From: Podarcis gaigeae
Lineage: Eukaryota
Length of the DNA: 64,000 nucleotides
Strand: one strand, 5' to 3'
Assembly: GCA_964106915.2 (NCBI GenBank)
Contig: OZ066922.1
Below are positions 35,409-50,215 of the stretch, piece after piece. Numbering within the stretch: position 1 is the stretch's first letter; every line of letters starts with the position of its first letter. The position numbers were made by a program, and so were the translations under genes. The notes under the pieces were generated by a model. It saw only the letters and a program-made list of their open reading frames with translations. It did no database searches and was not told where the DNA came from.

Positions 35409-38167
35409 TATCCCTAGATGTATCCAGTTTCCTTATATGCAGCTGGCTTCATATAACTGACCCATCCCCCAGCCATTGCTTTGGGCCCTCTGCCTTCAGT
35501 CCACTGTCCTTGGCCCTGTTCCTCACTCTTTTTTTACTCCTAACCTTTTAACCCCTTGCCAAGCACACCTGTGTCCCGTCCCCCACTCTATCTTGTTTGC
35601 AGCATATTGTACAGTGAGCCTGTAACGTTATTATCTAAAAGTCATACACATGATTATTCTTGTTAATTACATTGCTACCATTACCAGATATTATTCATCC
35701 ATAGGATAATCCTCAAGAGGACAGACTGATCCCTTGGCTTTCAGAAATCTCATATTTATTTGAGGGTTTCCACATCAGCACTATTTCTCCAGTTTTTGAA
35801 TTCGACTGCCAAAGTTTCTCGCCAAATTCCAAAGTTTGCAAATGCCAGGTTCTTGCTTACTTGAATTAATAAAATATATGAAAATTATTTTATGAAAATA
35901 ATTATGCACTTTGCAGAATTAAGACACACCAAAAAGCTAATAAAAGGTTTGCTTATACACCCCCCACCCCCCGTATGTATGCCATAATTCCATAGACGAC
36001 CAGAAAAGCAGCCATATGTGTTATTCACCAGGAATAATAGATCAAGATCCCCAAGTTTTCTAGCTTTAATTTCTAAAAAAGCATGTCTCTAGCTCTTCTA
36101 TTGCAAAATATGCTTGAAAGTGTGTGAGCAATAGCTAGTGAAATGTCAGAAGCCAAAGGACTTGCTTGAGGTTTCCAGTGGTCAGAGTGTGCAGCTTCAG
36201 TAAACAATAAAGCTTCCTATCTGTGTGACTGATAGAAGGAGAATAAAACATTCACAATGAGAGGGGAAATCTTAAAAATAATATATAGTTTGCAAAATTC
36301 TGCTTTTCATGTTGCAGAATGTAGGGTACTTCGGCTCAGAATTATGGATTTATTTATTTTTATTTATCACAGAATTCAAACAGGCCTTATTATATATTTC
36401 TGCCAAATAATCTACAGTGTCTGTCTTGTGTGAAATTGCTCTTCTCTCTACTGAGCATGTTACAGAATTAATGGAAGCTTGATTATAAACCAAGTGTTTT
36501 TGCTTGTCCCTGCAGAGGCAGAACTCAAGGGGTCCATATATTGATCAGCCCTTAATATGTTCTACACTAATAGCTATGTATACATTAACAGCCATGACAG
36601 TTTGCACAAGCTGAAATCTGAACCTTCGGTAATTTCTGATGTCTCCAATTTATCTCAGTAATCTTTCTGAACTCTTCACTAATCCCACTCAGTCATTTGA
36701 ACATAACAAATATATAAACCATTATGCACATTCCTCCTCTTCCCCTTCATAGTGCAGACTCACAAGAATGTTGTCGGAACCGTTAGAGTAGGTGTGAAGT
36801 TGTTCACAATGAAATCAGTAAGAGTTTGCTTCCAACTTCTACAGGTCATTTGAACAGGAGCATAGCAGGTTTTTCTTGGCTACCATTTCTACATACGGAG
36901 GAATGCTAGAAAACACAGAAGCGTTTTCAGACAAAAATGTACTATGTCACACCTTCTGGAATCGCAGAGCCATTAATAAACTCCTTGGTCCTTGCTGTAC
37001 CTTCTTGTTGTTGGGTTCAGTGAATTTTACAGACAATATTCATATACCCTTTGTACTGGTGACAGTGTTCCATAGACTTGAATAGTTAGCTTTATATTGC
37101 TATCAGATGTTCATAATTTTATAGGACAGCCCTCACAGTCCTAACTTAAGAATTCTTGTAGCTGGAAGTCCAGCCTATAAGACTCCATAAAGCTCACAAT
37201 ATGCCACAAAGAGCTTAACATCAGGGTGTAACAATGGTAGTAAATGGGGCAGTAGATTAATCTTAGTGATTAGCATCCTTCACCTGTTCCAGATCAAAGA
37301 ACTCTGTTCCCCCCTGCATCTTACAGTATACTTGAAAAGGTAAAAAATAGCCCCATCCAAGTGCACTTAGACTTGCACTAGGCTGCATAGGCAACTTATA
37401 CTTAAAGCACATTCAAAGCATCCCTGCCCCACCCGCCCCGATTCCTGGGAACTATTTATTAGAACTGGAATTACCAGCCCCCTTAACAAACTCCAGTTCC
37501 CTGGATTCTTGCGGTGGGGGGGGGGGCTTTTAAATGTATAGATATGGTTCAATAAGGAGGCATCCCCTTAGGGAGACCCTATAGCCAAGATATGGAAAAT
37601 GGCTCAAGACACAAGAACCTATTGATATCACTGCACATTTAGCTGCCTTCCAGAGGGAGGACAGGGCTCACATGGGATTTGCCATCCCTTCTTCCTCAGT
37701 GCTCCCTTCACCCTAGAGCAAATGCCAGGCTGCTTTTTTGGCTGGATAAATCATGGTGCTCCCTATCCACGGTATGCATAAGTGTAGTTTGTTGAAATTC
37801 TGGATATTCTGTGTGTGAAGGACTCAGGACTATTGAGACGCTACACAGATTTTGGCACTATGGTAACCGAAATTCTGTGAACCAAAAATACAATGTTGCA
37901 ACCAGTGTACACTTTGCAAATCTTTGCATTCCGACCCTGGAAATCTTACTCAGCAACCCTGCCAGTTTTTGAGATTTCACCGGGTGTTGTTGCCAATATA
38001 CCTTTGAACATATCTTCTAAACCAGAAGTGCTAGAACTGCGCTTTACAAAGCAAGAAGAAAGAGCAAAGTGAAAGAAATATATTAGGAAGCCACATTCTG
38101 CGCTTTGTCTGTGCTTGTGTGCAGTTGCAGCATTTTTAAAGACATTGAAAGGCTCTGGGATATTGCG

Positions 38168-38172
38168 TGTGC

Positions 38173-38232
<60 letters not shown>
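38168..38232. repeat. (GT)n(GA)n microsatellite
   Basis: Direct reading. Confidence 0.95.
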
Positions 38233-38235
<3 letters not shown>

Positions 38236-38618
38236 TTGTGGCCTATGAGGTACCTTTCACACAATTGCAGGACACTATCCCATCACTAGACTCAACTCCC
38301 TGTCTATTCAGCTTCTGGGCATGGAGTAGAAGTGGGGGGATACTGCTTTGTTCTTTGCCTCAGGCAGCAAAATGTATTGGGCTGACCCTGTTATTCACTG
38401 ACTTGTTACATGTAGCATAATCCTATAACCACATTTTTCTGCACCAGGGAGCACACTTCCCTGTTCCTCTGCTTGCTTCCTTTTATTTTGGTTCCCCAAA
38501 AGATCTCTATCCATTTGTTTCAAAAGGGGACCTGAAGTTGATAAGTGACTTGCAGAATCACATTCTTGGCCTAATCCAAACATTGTCTGAAAAGAAAGAG
38601 TTTGCGGTGGTGCTACAC

Positions 38619-38622
<4 letters not shown>

Positions 38623-38649
<27 letters not shown>
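38623..38649. repeat. (AC)n microsatellite
   Basis: Direct reading. Confidence 0.9.
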
Positions 38650-40317
38650 CACTATCCTTCAGTCCCAAAAGCTTTATGCTGGTAATGAAAATTAATATGT
38701 TGTTGTTATTTTTTAATATAAGAGTGCCAGAAAGTAATGGTCATAACTGGCTGTAGCCAAGTCCCTTTTCACTTTTGACATTAGTGAAGAAAGGAAGGAA
38801 GGTGAATTCCTAGAATTTGTGACATGTATGCAACTAATGGTAGGATTTAATACAGACAATTTAAGTTTTATCTAAGTCATTCTTCACCCTCTTCTAAGTC
38901 ATTCTCACTCTTCACCCCTTGCAATTGTTGATTAAATTTTCACTGACTGGTTTGGTGACAATAATTTTTGCACAGTTGTTCACTGTGTCCCTGCACTTTG
39001 CTCTGCATTTTTGGCCAGCTAGTCATACTTCCAGCTCCCTTCTGGAAGTGATATTTCTTCAACAGTAGAATCTGAATCAAATCTGAAACTGAATATGAAT
39101 CAAACAGTAGAATCTGAAACAAATCCTTGTATGATAAATATTTTGAGCTAGAAGATGTGAAGCTGCCGTGATTTGAACTCAGTTTCTAATGGAAGGAAGA
39201 GCCTGGCACCTGAATTGTACCCTGAAAAGACCCTGCCATGCACACAATAACATAATTATATTGTACCTTTTGTGTGGATTTTAATGGGGGGGCCTACTCA
39301 TAGTTGAAAGGTTTTCATTAACTGCTTGATACCACTGTACTCCAAGTCCAAAACTTAGAGATCACTGCAAAACCCAAATTTCTCTTTACTTCTTGAAAAG
39401 ATATTCTTCAGAAGGCATTGGCCACAGTTGGTCACATCTCAATACAGCTGAAATCAATGAGGTCTCTGTGTTTGGCAAGGGTAACTCTTTCTGGAGCAGG
39501 GTCATTGGGACAACCCTCCAAAAACACACTTTTAAAATTAATTTTATTAATTTCAAAAGCTCTTTGCCAGGATCACATTTCCCTGGTGTTACAGGTTGGA
39601 TCGTTGTATTTTTCAGCCTTGGGGCCTAAAACTATTTCCTGTTTTAAAGTGGGGAAAGCTATATCTTTCCCAAAAGATCAATTCTGCATGAAAGTTCAGT
39701 GTCTGGTACTGTACAGAAACATTCTAGGTGTGCAGCAGAAAATGGAAGCTGAAATGCTGCATATCCTATTTTTTGTGCCCAGATTACTGAAGTTTGTTTC
39801 TGCTGTGATTGGCTTTATTATAACATCCTTGTAACATTCCCAGTGCTGCTCTCTTATAACTGTTAATTATATTGAATCTAAGCTCAGATTATCATCATAC
39901 CGTCTGCTTTTCTAGTTACAACACATACAGGCTTCCCATTAAAAGGAACTTATTTTAGCATGATTGATGGGTGAAAAAAAAATGTAAATTGTGAGCTTTT
40001 ATGTCTCAAATCAACAATACATGCCTATCTCATTTAATTTCAACAAAGTTGAAGACATCAGGTAAATCTGTCCTTAATAACTATGAAAGGGAGCTGGGTC
40101 TGGATAAGTCTTAAAAGAGGCTGTAGTGAACCAGCATTGCCTTGTGTATTTTCCCCCTGCTGCTCTGTGATTTTAGGAGTCTACATTTCTGTTCTATTAT
40201 TTAATAGATTTTATATTTATTTGTTTCATTGTTTTCAACCTTGATGTTTTGGGCATACCTTAGGCTTCAGTTGGGTTGAAAGGCATAAATATTTTCGTAG
40301 ATAAATAAGAAAGGAGG

Positions 40318-40480
40318 CCTTTGATGAACTGCAGTGGGTCAGCACATCTGGCTGTTAACCAGAAGGTCATTGGTTTGAGCCCACCCAGGGACAGCTGTGG
40401 GCAGGATTCCTGCACTGCAGTGGGTTGGTCTAGATGGGCCTCTGTGGTACCTTCCAACTTTGTAGTTCTGCAATTCTATG
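40318..40480 (+). mobile_element. SINE with a tRNA-Asn-like head and CR1-like tail
   Basis: ggctgttaacc anticodon arm and gagcccacccagggac 3' end resemble tRNA-Asn(GTT); the tail resembles the CR1 end at 1143-1222. Confidence 0.75.
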
Positions 40481-40630
40481 AAGCATTAAGCTTTCAAATT
40501 CATATATGTTGATCAGATGTACTCATCAAATGCTAACTTTAAATTTACATTTAGTGTACAGTTTTGATCAAATGTGAAATTTACGTTTTATTCAATATAG
40601 TGTGTGGCCAAAAGGCTGGTTGTCACCCTT

Positions 40631-40779
40631 GCAGCATAGCTCAGTTGGTTAGAGCGTGGTGCTGATAATGCCAGGGTTGCAAGTTCGATCCCCATATGGG
40701 ACAGCTGTGTATTTCTACATTGCAGGGGGATTGGACTAGATAATCCTCAGGGTCCCTTCCAACTCTACAATTCCATGAA
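40631..40779 (+). mobile_element. SINE with a tRNA-Ile-like head and CR1-like tail
   Basis: tagctcagttggttagagcgtggtgctgataatgcca...gttcgatcccc resembles tRNA-Ile; tail gggtcccttccaactctacaattccatg. Confidence 0.8.
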
Positions 40780-43700
40780 ATCAAATCAATCCAAAGACAT
40801 AGCAAAACAAAAGTTCATAACAATACACCAAACACCAGTAAAGAGAAGGCCAGTTGGCCCATCATGGATAGGGAGTCACACAGCATGGACAATGCAGCTG
40901 GAAAGCCTTTGTTCCATGTCCCTACCAATCACATTTCAAAAAGCAGAGGGGTACTTTTGAGCAAGCACTCATGACAGCAGTGGAAGAGCAGGGTTATAGA
41001 GGGAAAAGTGTTTGCTGTATATTATCATCTTCCCCTCTCCCATGTTTATTACCATTATTAATGGCTTTAAAGTAGTTTAATTTGCTTTCCCATTCTGTAT
41101 TTGAAAACTAGAAAGTAGATTGGCATGCAGTGCAGAGATTCTAAATTATACAATTCATTTGTTTTAGTGTTGTTTTTTTGTTGACCTCCTTTCATCACGG
41201 GATATCTCTGCACTCCTGAGAGAAACTATTTCCCCCTTTTAAAAAAGAACTGAGAACCGGATGTATATTTAATCTGGTATCTGAAGCGTGAAACATGATA
41301 AAAATATAAAGGCAATCAACATGCTACTGTGATCCATATGGAATGGATGACAGAATTAAAATGTACATAAACACAGTAATCTATCTCCAAACAGAGATTT
41401 CCCCAAAGCTTTTTGCTATGACTACTTTTCAAATGACTTTGCCTATTTAATTCTTTGGTTTTATTTATTTATAGACATTTGGTCTCTGAGGTTTATATTT
41501 CTTTTGAAACACATTGTTCCCGTTTTTCTTAGTCTTTCGGGAGGGGTGAATACGAGCATATTTCTTTCCTTTGAATGATGACCCATAGATTTTGAGATTT
41601 AGGAATGGCAGTGTACACGCACAGGTCCCTGTCTGCAAGGGCTTTCTGGTTCATTTCTGGGGGGCAGTGCAGTGCAACAGTATCAGACGCCCTGACTTCA
41701 CAGGCAGCTGACTCATAGACAAAAAACAACCCCAAATCCGCAATAGCTTTTAAAGCTGACTTACATGAGCAAGCATTTTTCTCCCAGTTAACAGTTACAC
41801 CCAATGTTTTAGCTTATATTTTAGGGTCAGACATTAATTAGAAATCCCACTTTTCAGTTATACCCACTGGGTCATACAGGTTTGCTCCTGTTTGGGAAGG
41901 TACTTTACCAGCATAGTTACGCCTTGTGCCAGCTGGAGATTATCCAGCACAACCTTTCTGCCATGTGGGGTGAAATTCAAGGCACATACATTGGCACATG
42001 CATAGAACTCTACATTCCTTCCAAACCTTAGAGGTAGGCAGGCTACTGAGAATGTTGGTGGAAAAAAAAGTTCATTTCCCACAATATTTCTCTCTACAGA
42101 AGAGTCTGTCCCCAAAGCATGGCATTGTGGGTAAGGTGATCTCAGAATCTTTGTTGGCAGGCTGCAGCAGTAAATACTGTTTAAAGTTTCACAGTAGTAG
42201 TAGTTTAAAGAGGCACTCTCTGGGCAGCTTTGTCCACAATAGATCAAGGCAAAGGTTGTAACCCAGAGAGCACATTAGGAGGTCCACCACCAATTGGTTG
42301 CAGTGGCAAACTGGTGTTGGCATTCCTGAAGTCCTAGGCAGCTGTCATCAGCCACCTGACAACCGACCAGGGGCCAGACAGCCTGGAAGGCAGCATGAGA
42401 AAGCAAGCCTTGGTGCTTGGTAGCCCTGCAGGCAGGGGGAGGCAGTGGTGAATGCATTGGGGGCATCAATTTGCCATCATCTCAAGACAAGAGGCTCAAC
42501 CTAGCTGATGAGAGGGCCAGCCCTGACGATACCAGCTTACTGCCTGGGCAGATGTAACATCTTAACCAATTCAGCTTTGGGGAATTCCTCCAACTGGGTC
42601 TAATCATGCTTAATCATATTGACAACATTAATCATGGTTAAAACTAGGCAAATGTTTCCCCTTTAGCTTATCTAAAACCAATGAAAGCTATTTCAGATCT
42701 GAAGCCAAATAGAAACTCTAGTTAGTTCCACCTATGTGACTGCGTTGGAAGCAGTTAGTCACACATGGGTACGGTGGAGGAGCTGGTTTTCTGGAAGAGC
42801 GATGGTGGTGAGGAGGGAGTCCATAATACTTTTTGTTTAACCACAGTTAACCAATTAGGAACATTATATTATCTATACAGGTATGTAGTGTTATGCCAAG
42901 AGTTACTTTTCATTCCAGAGCTGCAGTCCATTACATAGCAGTAAGTCCTGCTGAAATCAATGGGGCTTTTAATTTTTTTCCCTGCCGAAAGGCATACAAC
43001 AATAACAACAACATACTTTCAATCAAAGGATTCTGTCAAAGATATTTGAAATATTTGGCTCCTTGGTTCAAATAGCTTGATAGCATGCTTTGTTTGAAAC
43101 GGGATTCAATTAATGCCCTGAAGTCAGTAATATATTTAAGTAGCAAATAAAACAGGAATGCACGGATATATTGGTGTCTGCTTCAGAATCCAGTGTTTAC
43201 AGAGAAAATTAGGCTTTGGGTACTGTGAGCTACAAAGTAACCAGGCTGTTGAATGATATTGATGTCTTGTTTTAAAACATAGCTTCACTTTGATCTTTCT
43301 TATTTACTCTCATTATTTAAAACCATGCCGTGCAGTATTGGCTCTTGAAAGCAGTATTCCCTGCAGGGAGAGCTATGGGAGATGCTGCTGAGAAATTAAA
43401 CTAGTCCCTCTTTGAATTCTCTCCTTTTCCCTCAGCACTGTAGGTTCCACAAAGAACCTCTAGTGACCTGCACAATTTCCTGGGAGAAATCAGAAACTTT
43501 TGAGCTCTCAACACCATAATGTATTGTTGTTGTTGTTGTGGCTCTGCCTATTACCGTTGGCTTATATAAATCACTCTGATTTCCCATCAGTTTTATAACA
43601 AGGATCATGATAAAAAGTGATGGCTGATATTGCTTAGAACAGGTAACACTGATTTGCTGTAGGATTAGTTTTCTTTTAACCTAATTTGGTGGATGCTTTG

Positions 43701-45429
43701 CAAGCCTTTCCCATGACAGAGAGGCCTATGTTTCCTTTAATTTTCAGCACCGCTGCGGCACGTTGTCAAGGCAACCAGCTTCAGTGTTTTCTTTCCACTA
43801 GTAAACTGTGCCTCAGACATGGCCCACCTTAAATCACTGTCTTTCCTGGTAATACATAAGGTCAAATACTTAACCGTTATGCACAATATTTCCCTTTTCT
43901 TTATTGGCTATCATGTTGTTATGGAGAACAGCTAGAGTCTCAGGGGAAGGTGTGTATATTAAGGCTTTTAAAGTTAAACTAATTCTACAGCATTTAAATC
44001 TGGTTGTGATACCTTGAGGAAACAAGTCCTCCTGATACAGCCTTTTTAATTTTTTTAGCAATAAACAGACAGCTATTGCCAATTTGTATATAAATGATCA
44101 TGCCCACTAGTTTTTACAGTGCAGGCTTTCCATGGCAAACATTTGAACAAAAAAGTAGGTCACAGATCTGAGTTTTAGGTGCAGGCTGGTTCACACTGTG
44201 ATTTGCCATAAAGGCTCTCTGTCTGCAGTCGGCCCCACCGTGTGTGGGATAGCATGCCTCTCTCAGAACCTACACAAGTAGAGGTGATCTGTTTGCCACC
44301 AAGAAAGAGGTTTACAAATCATGGAAGGGAATGGCATGCACCTACAGAATGTAGGTCACACCTGATGTTTCAACAGCTTTAGCAGCAGTAGAAAAATGTA
44401 ATGAAAGCCTTGCTTCTCATAATTTACCTGATACAGTTTTGGCTTGCATTCTGAATTCATGGAGAAAGAGGCTGCATGTCACTCTCTGCAAAGGTTCTGT
44501 GCTTTTCCTGCTACCATGAGTGTATTTAATTGCACCCGAGGAAATCTAATTAGAAATATAGTGGCCTTCTCCTTCCATTTTTAAACAGTGGGGGAAATGT
44601 ATAACACAATGATTAAGAAAGTTGGAGTTAACAAAGAACCACAACTGTGCATCTGTGAAATGTTGGCAGGTATATAGATTGGAAGTTAATTATATCCATT
44701 TCCATATATGTAGAAAATGGGACCAGTAAGTCAGAACACTTTCGATTTTTGTGTCTTCAGTTATAGGGCTGTGAGAGGCAATTGCCAATGATCACATGTT
44801 GGGAAGAACAAATCCAGCCCATCTCTACAGCGGGAAATCGGCACTGTTACAAGACTGCTAACAAGTCATTGGTGAATTTCACAGGCCTCATGCACACAGC
44901 CAAATTTTAGCTTGGTGTGAACATCAGGCTCCCAGAGAGCTTGTAGGCTGCTTTGCTCAACATGAACTTGTTTGTTTTAATGCCCTCTATTCAGGGTTAA
45001 TGAGGATACTGACAGGAAGGTGATGGATATCTGATGAAGGACCCTGCATGAGAGGCAGGGAATGGAAGATATTGGGGGGGGGGGCTGGGAGAAGAAAGGG
45101 AAGTTCCCAGGTGAGAGCTGGGATGGTCCACCCCGATTTGTGTGGGACAAGGGTTACGATCTACCTCTAACAGAGGGCTCTCTGTTTTTTGTTGTTAACT
45201 TCCTTCCCCCCTCTCTCTGTTCCTTCTTCTCATTTAGATTAGTTTGACTTTTTTATTATATTTTGAAAAGTTTCAATTTTTAAAAATTATATAAAGGGGG
45301 GTGGCAGGGAGGAGCAAAGCTGCTGTGCACTCATCCTGAAGCTCACGTGTTCATGCTAACCTGAGGCTTGTTTTAGCATGATGCATGAACCAGGCCACAG
45401 CCTATAACAGACTTCTGTGCTATTTGTCC

Positions 45430-45810
45430 GGGGACTTGGGTGGCGCTGTGTCTAAACCACTGAGCCTCTGGGACTTGCTGATCAGAAGGTTGGCGGCTCA
45501 AATTCACACGGTGGGGTGAGCTCCTGTTGCTCTGTCCCAGTTTTTGCCAAGCTAGCAGTTCAAAAGCATACCAGTGCAAGTAGATAAATTGATACCGCTA
45601 TGGCAGGAAAGTAAATGGCGTTTCCATGCGCTCTGGCACTTGTCACGGTGTCCTCTTGTGCCAGAAGCAATTTAGTCATGCTGGCCACATGATGCAGAAA
45701 GCTTTCTGTGGACAAACACTAGCTCCCTCAGCTTGACAAGCGAGATGAGCGCAGCACCCCATAGTCACCTTTGACTGGACTTAACCATCCAGGGGTCCTT
45801 TACCTTTTAC
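45430..45810 (+). mobile_element. Sauria-type SINE, diverged subfamily
   Basis: Colinear with the 35053 copy; ends ggggtcctttacctttt. Confidence 0.85.
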
Positions 45811-47600
45811 TGTTTGTTAATACATTTTCTCAGACTTAAAATTTCCCTGACAAGAAGCCTGGGAATGTGACAAAATGCAGATGCCATTCCTCACTGTGAT
45901 CTTTTGCCCTTTTGCTATGTGATCATGCACTACATTCCTAGAATGTCCCCTTTGAACCATTCAGTTCTCTGAGTTGCTTCAATGGCACTAGCATTCAGGA
46001 CAGTAACTGACCTGGACTTGGAGCTGTCATTTCTCCTTTGCTAGCAGACTACTGAATTTCTTGTGCTCTGAGGAGCCTTCTTTATCATCTTCATTCTTTT
46101 GAAGCTCACTACAAAGGTATGTTTTCCCCTGTTGCAAGCAGTTCTAGGGTACTACAGTTATGAAATGTCTCTACATTTGCACTTTTAATTATATTCTCTC
46201 TCTCCCTCTCTCACACACAGACTGATTGCATCTCTAAATGACAAAATTGTCTATGTAAATAGCATATGGTTTGGAAGCTTGTAATTAGATGCAAAATTAT
46301 AGGAGTACATAAATTACTGTGAGCCAAACCTTTTCATTTAGCTGGAGGTTATGGGAGGCCTTGATGGAGATCATGTGCGTGAGGCAGGAGGCTTGCTATA
46401 CAACATTGATGAAGAAATGCCTATGCTTTTCTGAGAGCTGTTGCACAAATTCAGAACGTATTTTGAAAGGGAAGAGGATGCCTCTGTGGTTCTGGGGAAG
46501 CTTGCTTGATGAATCTAAACATGATTGTTTTAAACAGCTGTCTAATAGAGTGAATGCTTTGCAGGCCATAAGCCCCAGGTTTAAGCCCTGATATGTCCAC
46601 TTAAAGGGATCTCAGGTGGCAAGACTACAACTCTTGGGAGAGCCTGCTACTCAAAATAGACAATGTGAGTGGTCTGACGCAGTATAAAGACTACTGACTG
46701 TATGATATGTGTAGGCTGTCCCTGTGAGCTGGAACCCTGAGCGCTCAAGTTTCTAACTCATGGGGAGAGCTTACATGTCTTGGCAGCCTGCCCCATGCAG
46801 CCATGCTCTTAAACATGTGGATAGCATTGGGGAGGAGCCAGCATAGGCATGACAATAAAGGCAGGCTGAGTGAGTTCTCCCGATTCACTGAATTATCATT
46901 GCATGCCCTGGATGTTTGAGTGGGGCTAGTTTATTGCAAAATGCTGCTTTGGACAGTCACCTTGCAGTGACTTGGGGTGAAAGAACCTGTTCTAAAGGAG
47001 TGCATCTTCTGCAGAACTAGCACTTGAGAGACCCCACCACCAAGTGTCTGGCAAGCTTAATATGCACAAATAAGATAAGAATGCCTGGCATTTATACTTT
47101 TCCAAGTGCCCAAAGGGCTTTAAGAGCATTCTCCACAAACCTTAGCAACCCTGTAAAGGAGGCTATTATGACCATGCTGCCAACTAAGGCTCTGAGACAC
47201 TGACTTGTCTAAGGCTACCCAGATTATTCCTTGCTGGGAGGGGGATATGATGAGGCTAAGGGCAGTTTCCTTTGGGTGGTTGATTATGCATAGGCTTGCT
47301 CCTAGGTGCATTGGTGGTCATTTAGTGATTTTGCTGTTTTATGTTGTATTTATTTAGTTACTATTTTTATTTAATATTTTGTTGACCGCTTTGGGAGCCT
47401 TTGCGTAAGAGAGCACTATATAAATAAAGAACAGCAACAAGTTTATAGTCAAGTGTTTTGGAGACTTCATGTGTTTTTATTTTATGTTTTAAAGGTGTAA
47501 ACTGCCCTGTGATTTTCAGAAGAAGGGTGGTATATAAACTCAATAAATGAAAATAAAACTCTCCGAGCTGCTACACTGTAGTAGCTTTTGCAGCAGCTAA

Positions 47601-47961
47601 TTTTTTTTTTTAAATTTATATATTTATTAAGGTTTTTAAATACAAGTGCAAAAGTAATAAACAATATAACATGTATCATAACATAGTTTCATAACTTCTT
47701 TGGACTCCCTCACGTCTCCCGCTCCCACTTACATCATTATAAATTTTTTCCAGCAATTTATCATCTTGTTTACATTCTTGTGTCCCATTCATTTAAATAT
47801 AATCCAATAATTCTCCAAAAAGTTTATATTTCCTTTGATCTCATTTATCATCCTAATTCCACCTAATTTAGTGGTGCACAATTATTTATGATCTAGCATC
47901 CTTCTTAACAATCAACCAAATTACAGTATTTTTGTAAGTAAATCTTAAATTTCTTCCAGTC
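47601..47961 (-). mobile_element. 5'-truncated L1-like retroposon (ORF2 tail, 3' UTR, poly(A))
   Basis: 14-bp TSD tttgcagcagctaa at 47587-47600 and 47962-47975; minus-strand DWKKFKIYLQKYCNLVDC*; T-tract at 47601. Confidence 0.75.
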
Positions 47962-50041
47962 TTTGCAGCAGCTAAATATAAGAATGTATTTTATGCAGAC
48001 CACCACTGTGAGCTGACTGCCCAAGGCAAACTAAAAATGTTTTTCATCACTTACGAGAGGCATCTACTGCACTGTTGCTCTCCTGATGTTCTTAGTTAAG
48101 TTTAGAGATGCTGAGCCTCTTGAGGCAAAAGCAGTGTCTCTGGGATAGCATCCTGTGTTTAAAGCAGTGTGGGAGAAAAGCAAAGGCCAGATCTGTGGAA
48201 ATGTGTCAACAAATAGTACAGAAGAGAACTAATGAGGCAGAATCTTTAGGACTGTTTCACATGATCTGGTTCCACTTCATCTCAAAAGTGCTGTTCCACA
48301 ATTGTGGCAGGAAACGGCATAAATTAAATTGCAGACTGAGAAAGCCATCAGCCATTTTCTCGGCTGTACCTCACTTTCCCCAGCTGGTGTGATCACAAGA
48401 ATCAGAGCATGACCTGCTTTGCACAAACATTTCCCCATCTGATCACGGACACATGTATGATTGAACAAGAACACTAGCTGCTTGAAAGTATGGGAATTTT
48501 AAATTTCAACTATGCAAATCAAGCCTAAATAATAGGAAATGTACTCTGCTTAATGATGGTACAGCTGTTTGGATTCATGTTTTACAGAAGGCTCAAGCCA
48601 AAATGAAATGCAGTGCAAAACTATATGGTGTTCAATATGATTCCCTTTTTGCTTTTAGTCTAATGACAGAGCTGATAATTGAAAATGAAAACAATATAAA
48701 ATTGGCAGATGGAACAGTCAGTCTATAAATATACGTTGTTTTTGAAATTGAAGGTTTTCTTTCAGTGGTATCATTTAATTTCCATTTTTAGGCAGTTTTA
48801 TTTAGTGGCTATCTTTAAATACTATTGAAGTTCTTAGATGCTATTTTTGATTAGATTGTTTTTCAGTTACTCTGTTTTTGTAATCCTATGTAGTTTGGGG
48901 GGGGGGGAGGAGGCCTAGATACAGTATTCTAAGAAATATATTTTAACATTAATCTAGACATCCATGGTTGTGCTTAAATCATTGAGAATATGGAACATCT
49001 TTTGTACAGTCCTTTGCTACCCTCTAGTGTCTAACAGGCTGCACTTCTAGTCCTAACATTTCAATGTAACACTATTGAAATTTGGAATGTCTGGATTACT
49101 ACATTGTGATATAACTAGGTGCAATTAATTCAGCAAAGTGGGACATATTTCTGAGCTTGCAAACTTACTTTTTAAAAATCCATGTTTTTATTCTCATTTT
49201 GACACTCTGCAACAGAAAATACAATAATCTGACATCAGTGACCAGGGTCATAGTTCAGTGACTGAGCATCAGCTTTGCATGCAAAAGGTACCGAGTTCAG
49301 TCCTTGGCATGTCCAGGTATACTCCTTTAGATACGCCTGAAATTACAAATTGTCAAAATAATCAAGTAGTAGACAATCCTGGGCTAGACAGACAAAGTCT
49401 TGACCTGGTATAATATACTCTATTCTTCCTTCTCTTCCTGGCTTGTTCCCTGTTGAGTGTGGCTTTTTAGCTCTTTCTTTAGGAACATGAGAAGAGCAAA
49501 CTGGACCAGGCCAATTGTCTACCTAGTTCAGCAAAGCTGTCTTTGAAGTGGCCAGTCAAATAACTATGGGAAGGCATATGCATTTTCTGCTTCCAGCTTC
49601 TACCCCATTTGCCTCTTTCTAGTACTTTTATCAATGCTATTGCTCCTTCCATTGCACCCATGGCTCTTTAGCTATTTTCCCTTCCCCAAGAGCTATGCTG
49701 TCTCACACTCTCTATTTTTCCTTCATCTGTCCCAGTCTCATTTTCCTTTATTGCAATGTTTTGCCCACAAAGCTTTAGTTTGCACTTGGTTTGAATGAGG
49801 AAGTCGAATACAGCAGACTGTGATCATGAGACTTTCTGACCGACAAGGTAGTTATTTGGTGTTTTAATCTGTCTGTTAAATTTTTGAGTTGTTCAATGGT
49901 TGCATTCCTTTACACACTATTAATAGACACCTTGGAAGGCAGGATATATGGTAAGCTGCCCAACAATTAGGTGGCATGATATCTATGAAATTGTAAAAGA
50001 AATACCCTAAATGGGGGGGTGGACGAGCATGCATTACTGTC

Positions 50042-50215
50042 CAGTGCTTTTTTTTCTGGGGGGACGCAGGGGGATGCTTACCCCTGAACACTTTGTGAAT
50101 CTTCGTACTTTTGTCCATTTACTGTATTTTTCCCCATTTTGAACTATAAAATGGTGATTTTCTTGAGTCAAAATGAGAGTACCCCTAAACATTTTTTTTA
50201 GGAAAAAATGCACTA
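50042..50215. mobile_element. hAT-like MITE
   Basis: cagtgcttttttttc and gaaaaaatgcact ends with repeated tacccct motifs; a similar left end lies at 30898. Confidence 0.6.

Noticed and set aside
39061-39125. Short direct repeat aacagtagaatctgaa
   Set aside because: An ordinary slippage-type local duplication with no further structure.
40318-40702. Functional tRNA-Asn and tRNA-Ile genes
   Set aside because: Acceptor stems are broken, there is no T-run terminator, and both run into CR1-like tails, so they are SINE heads.
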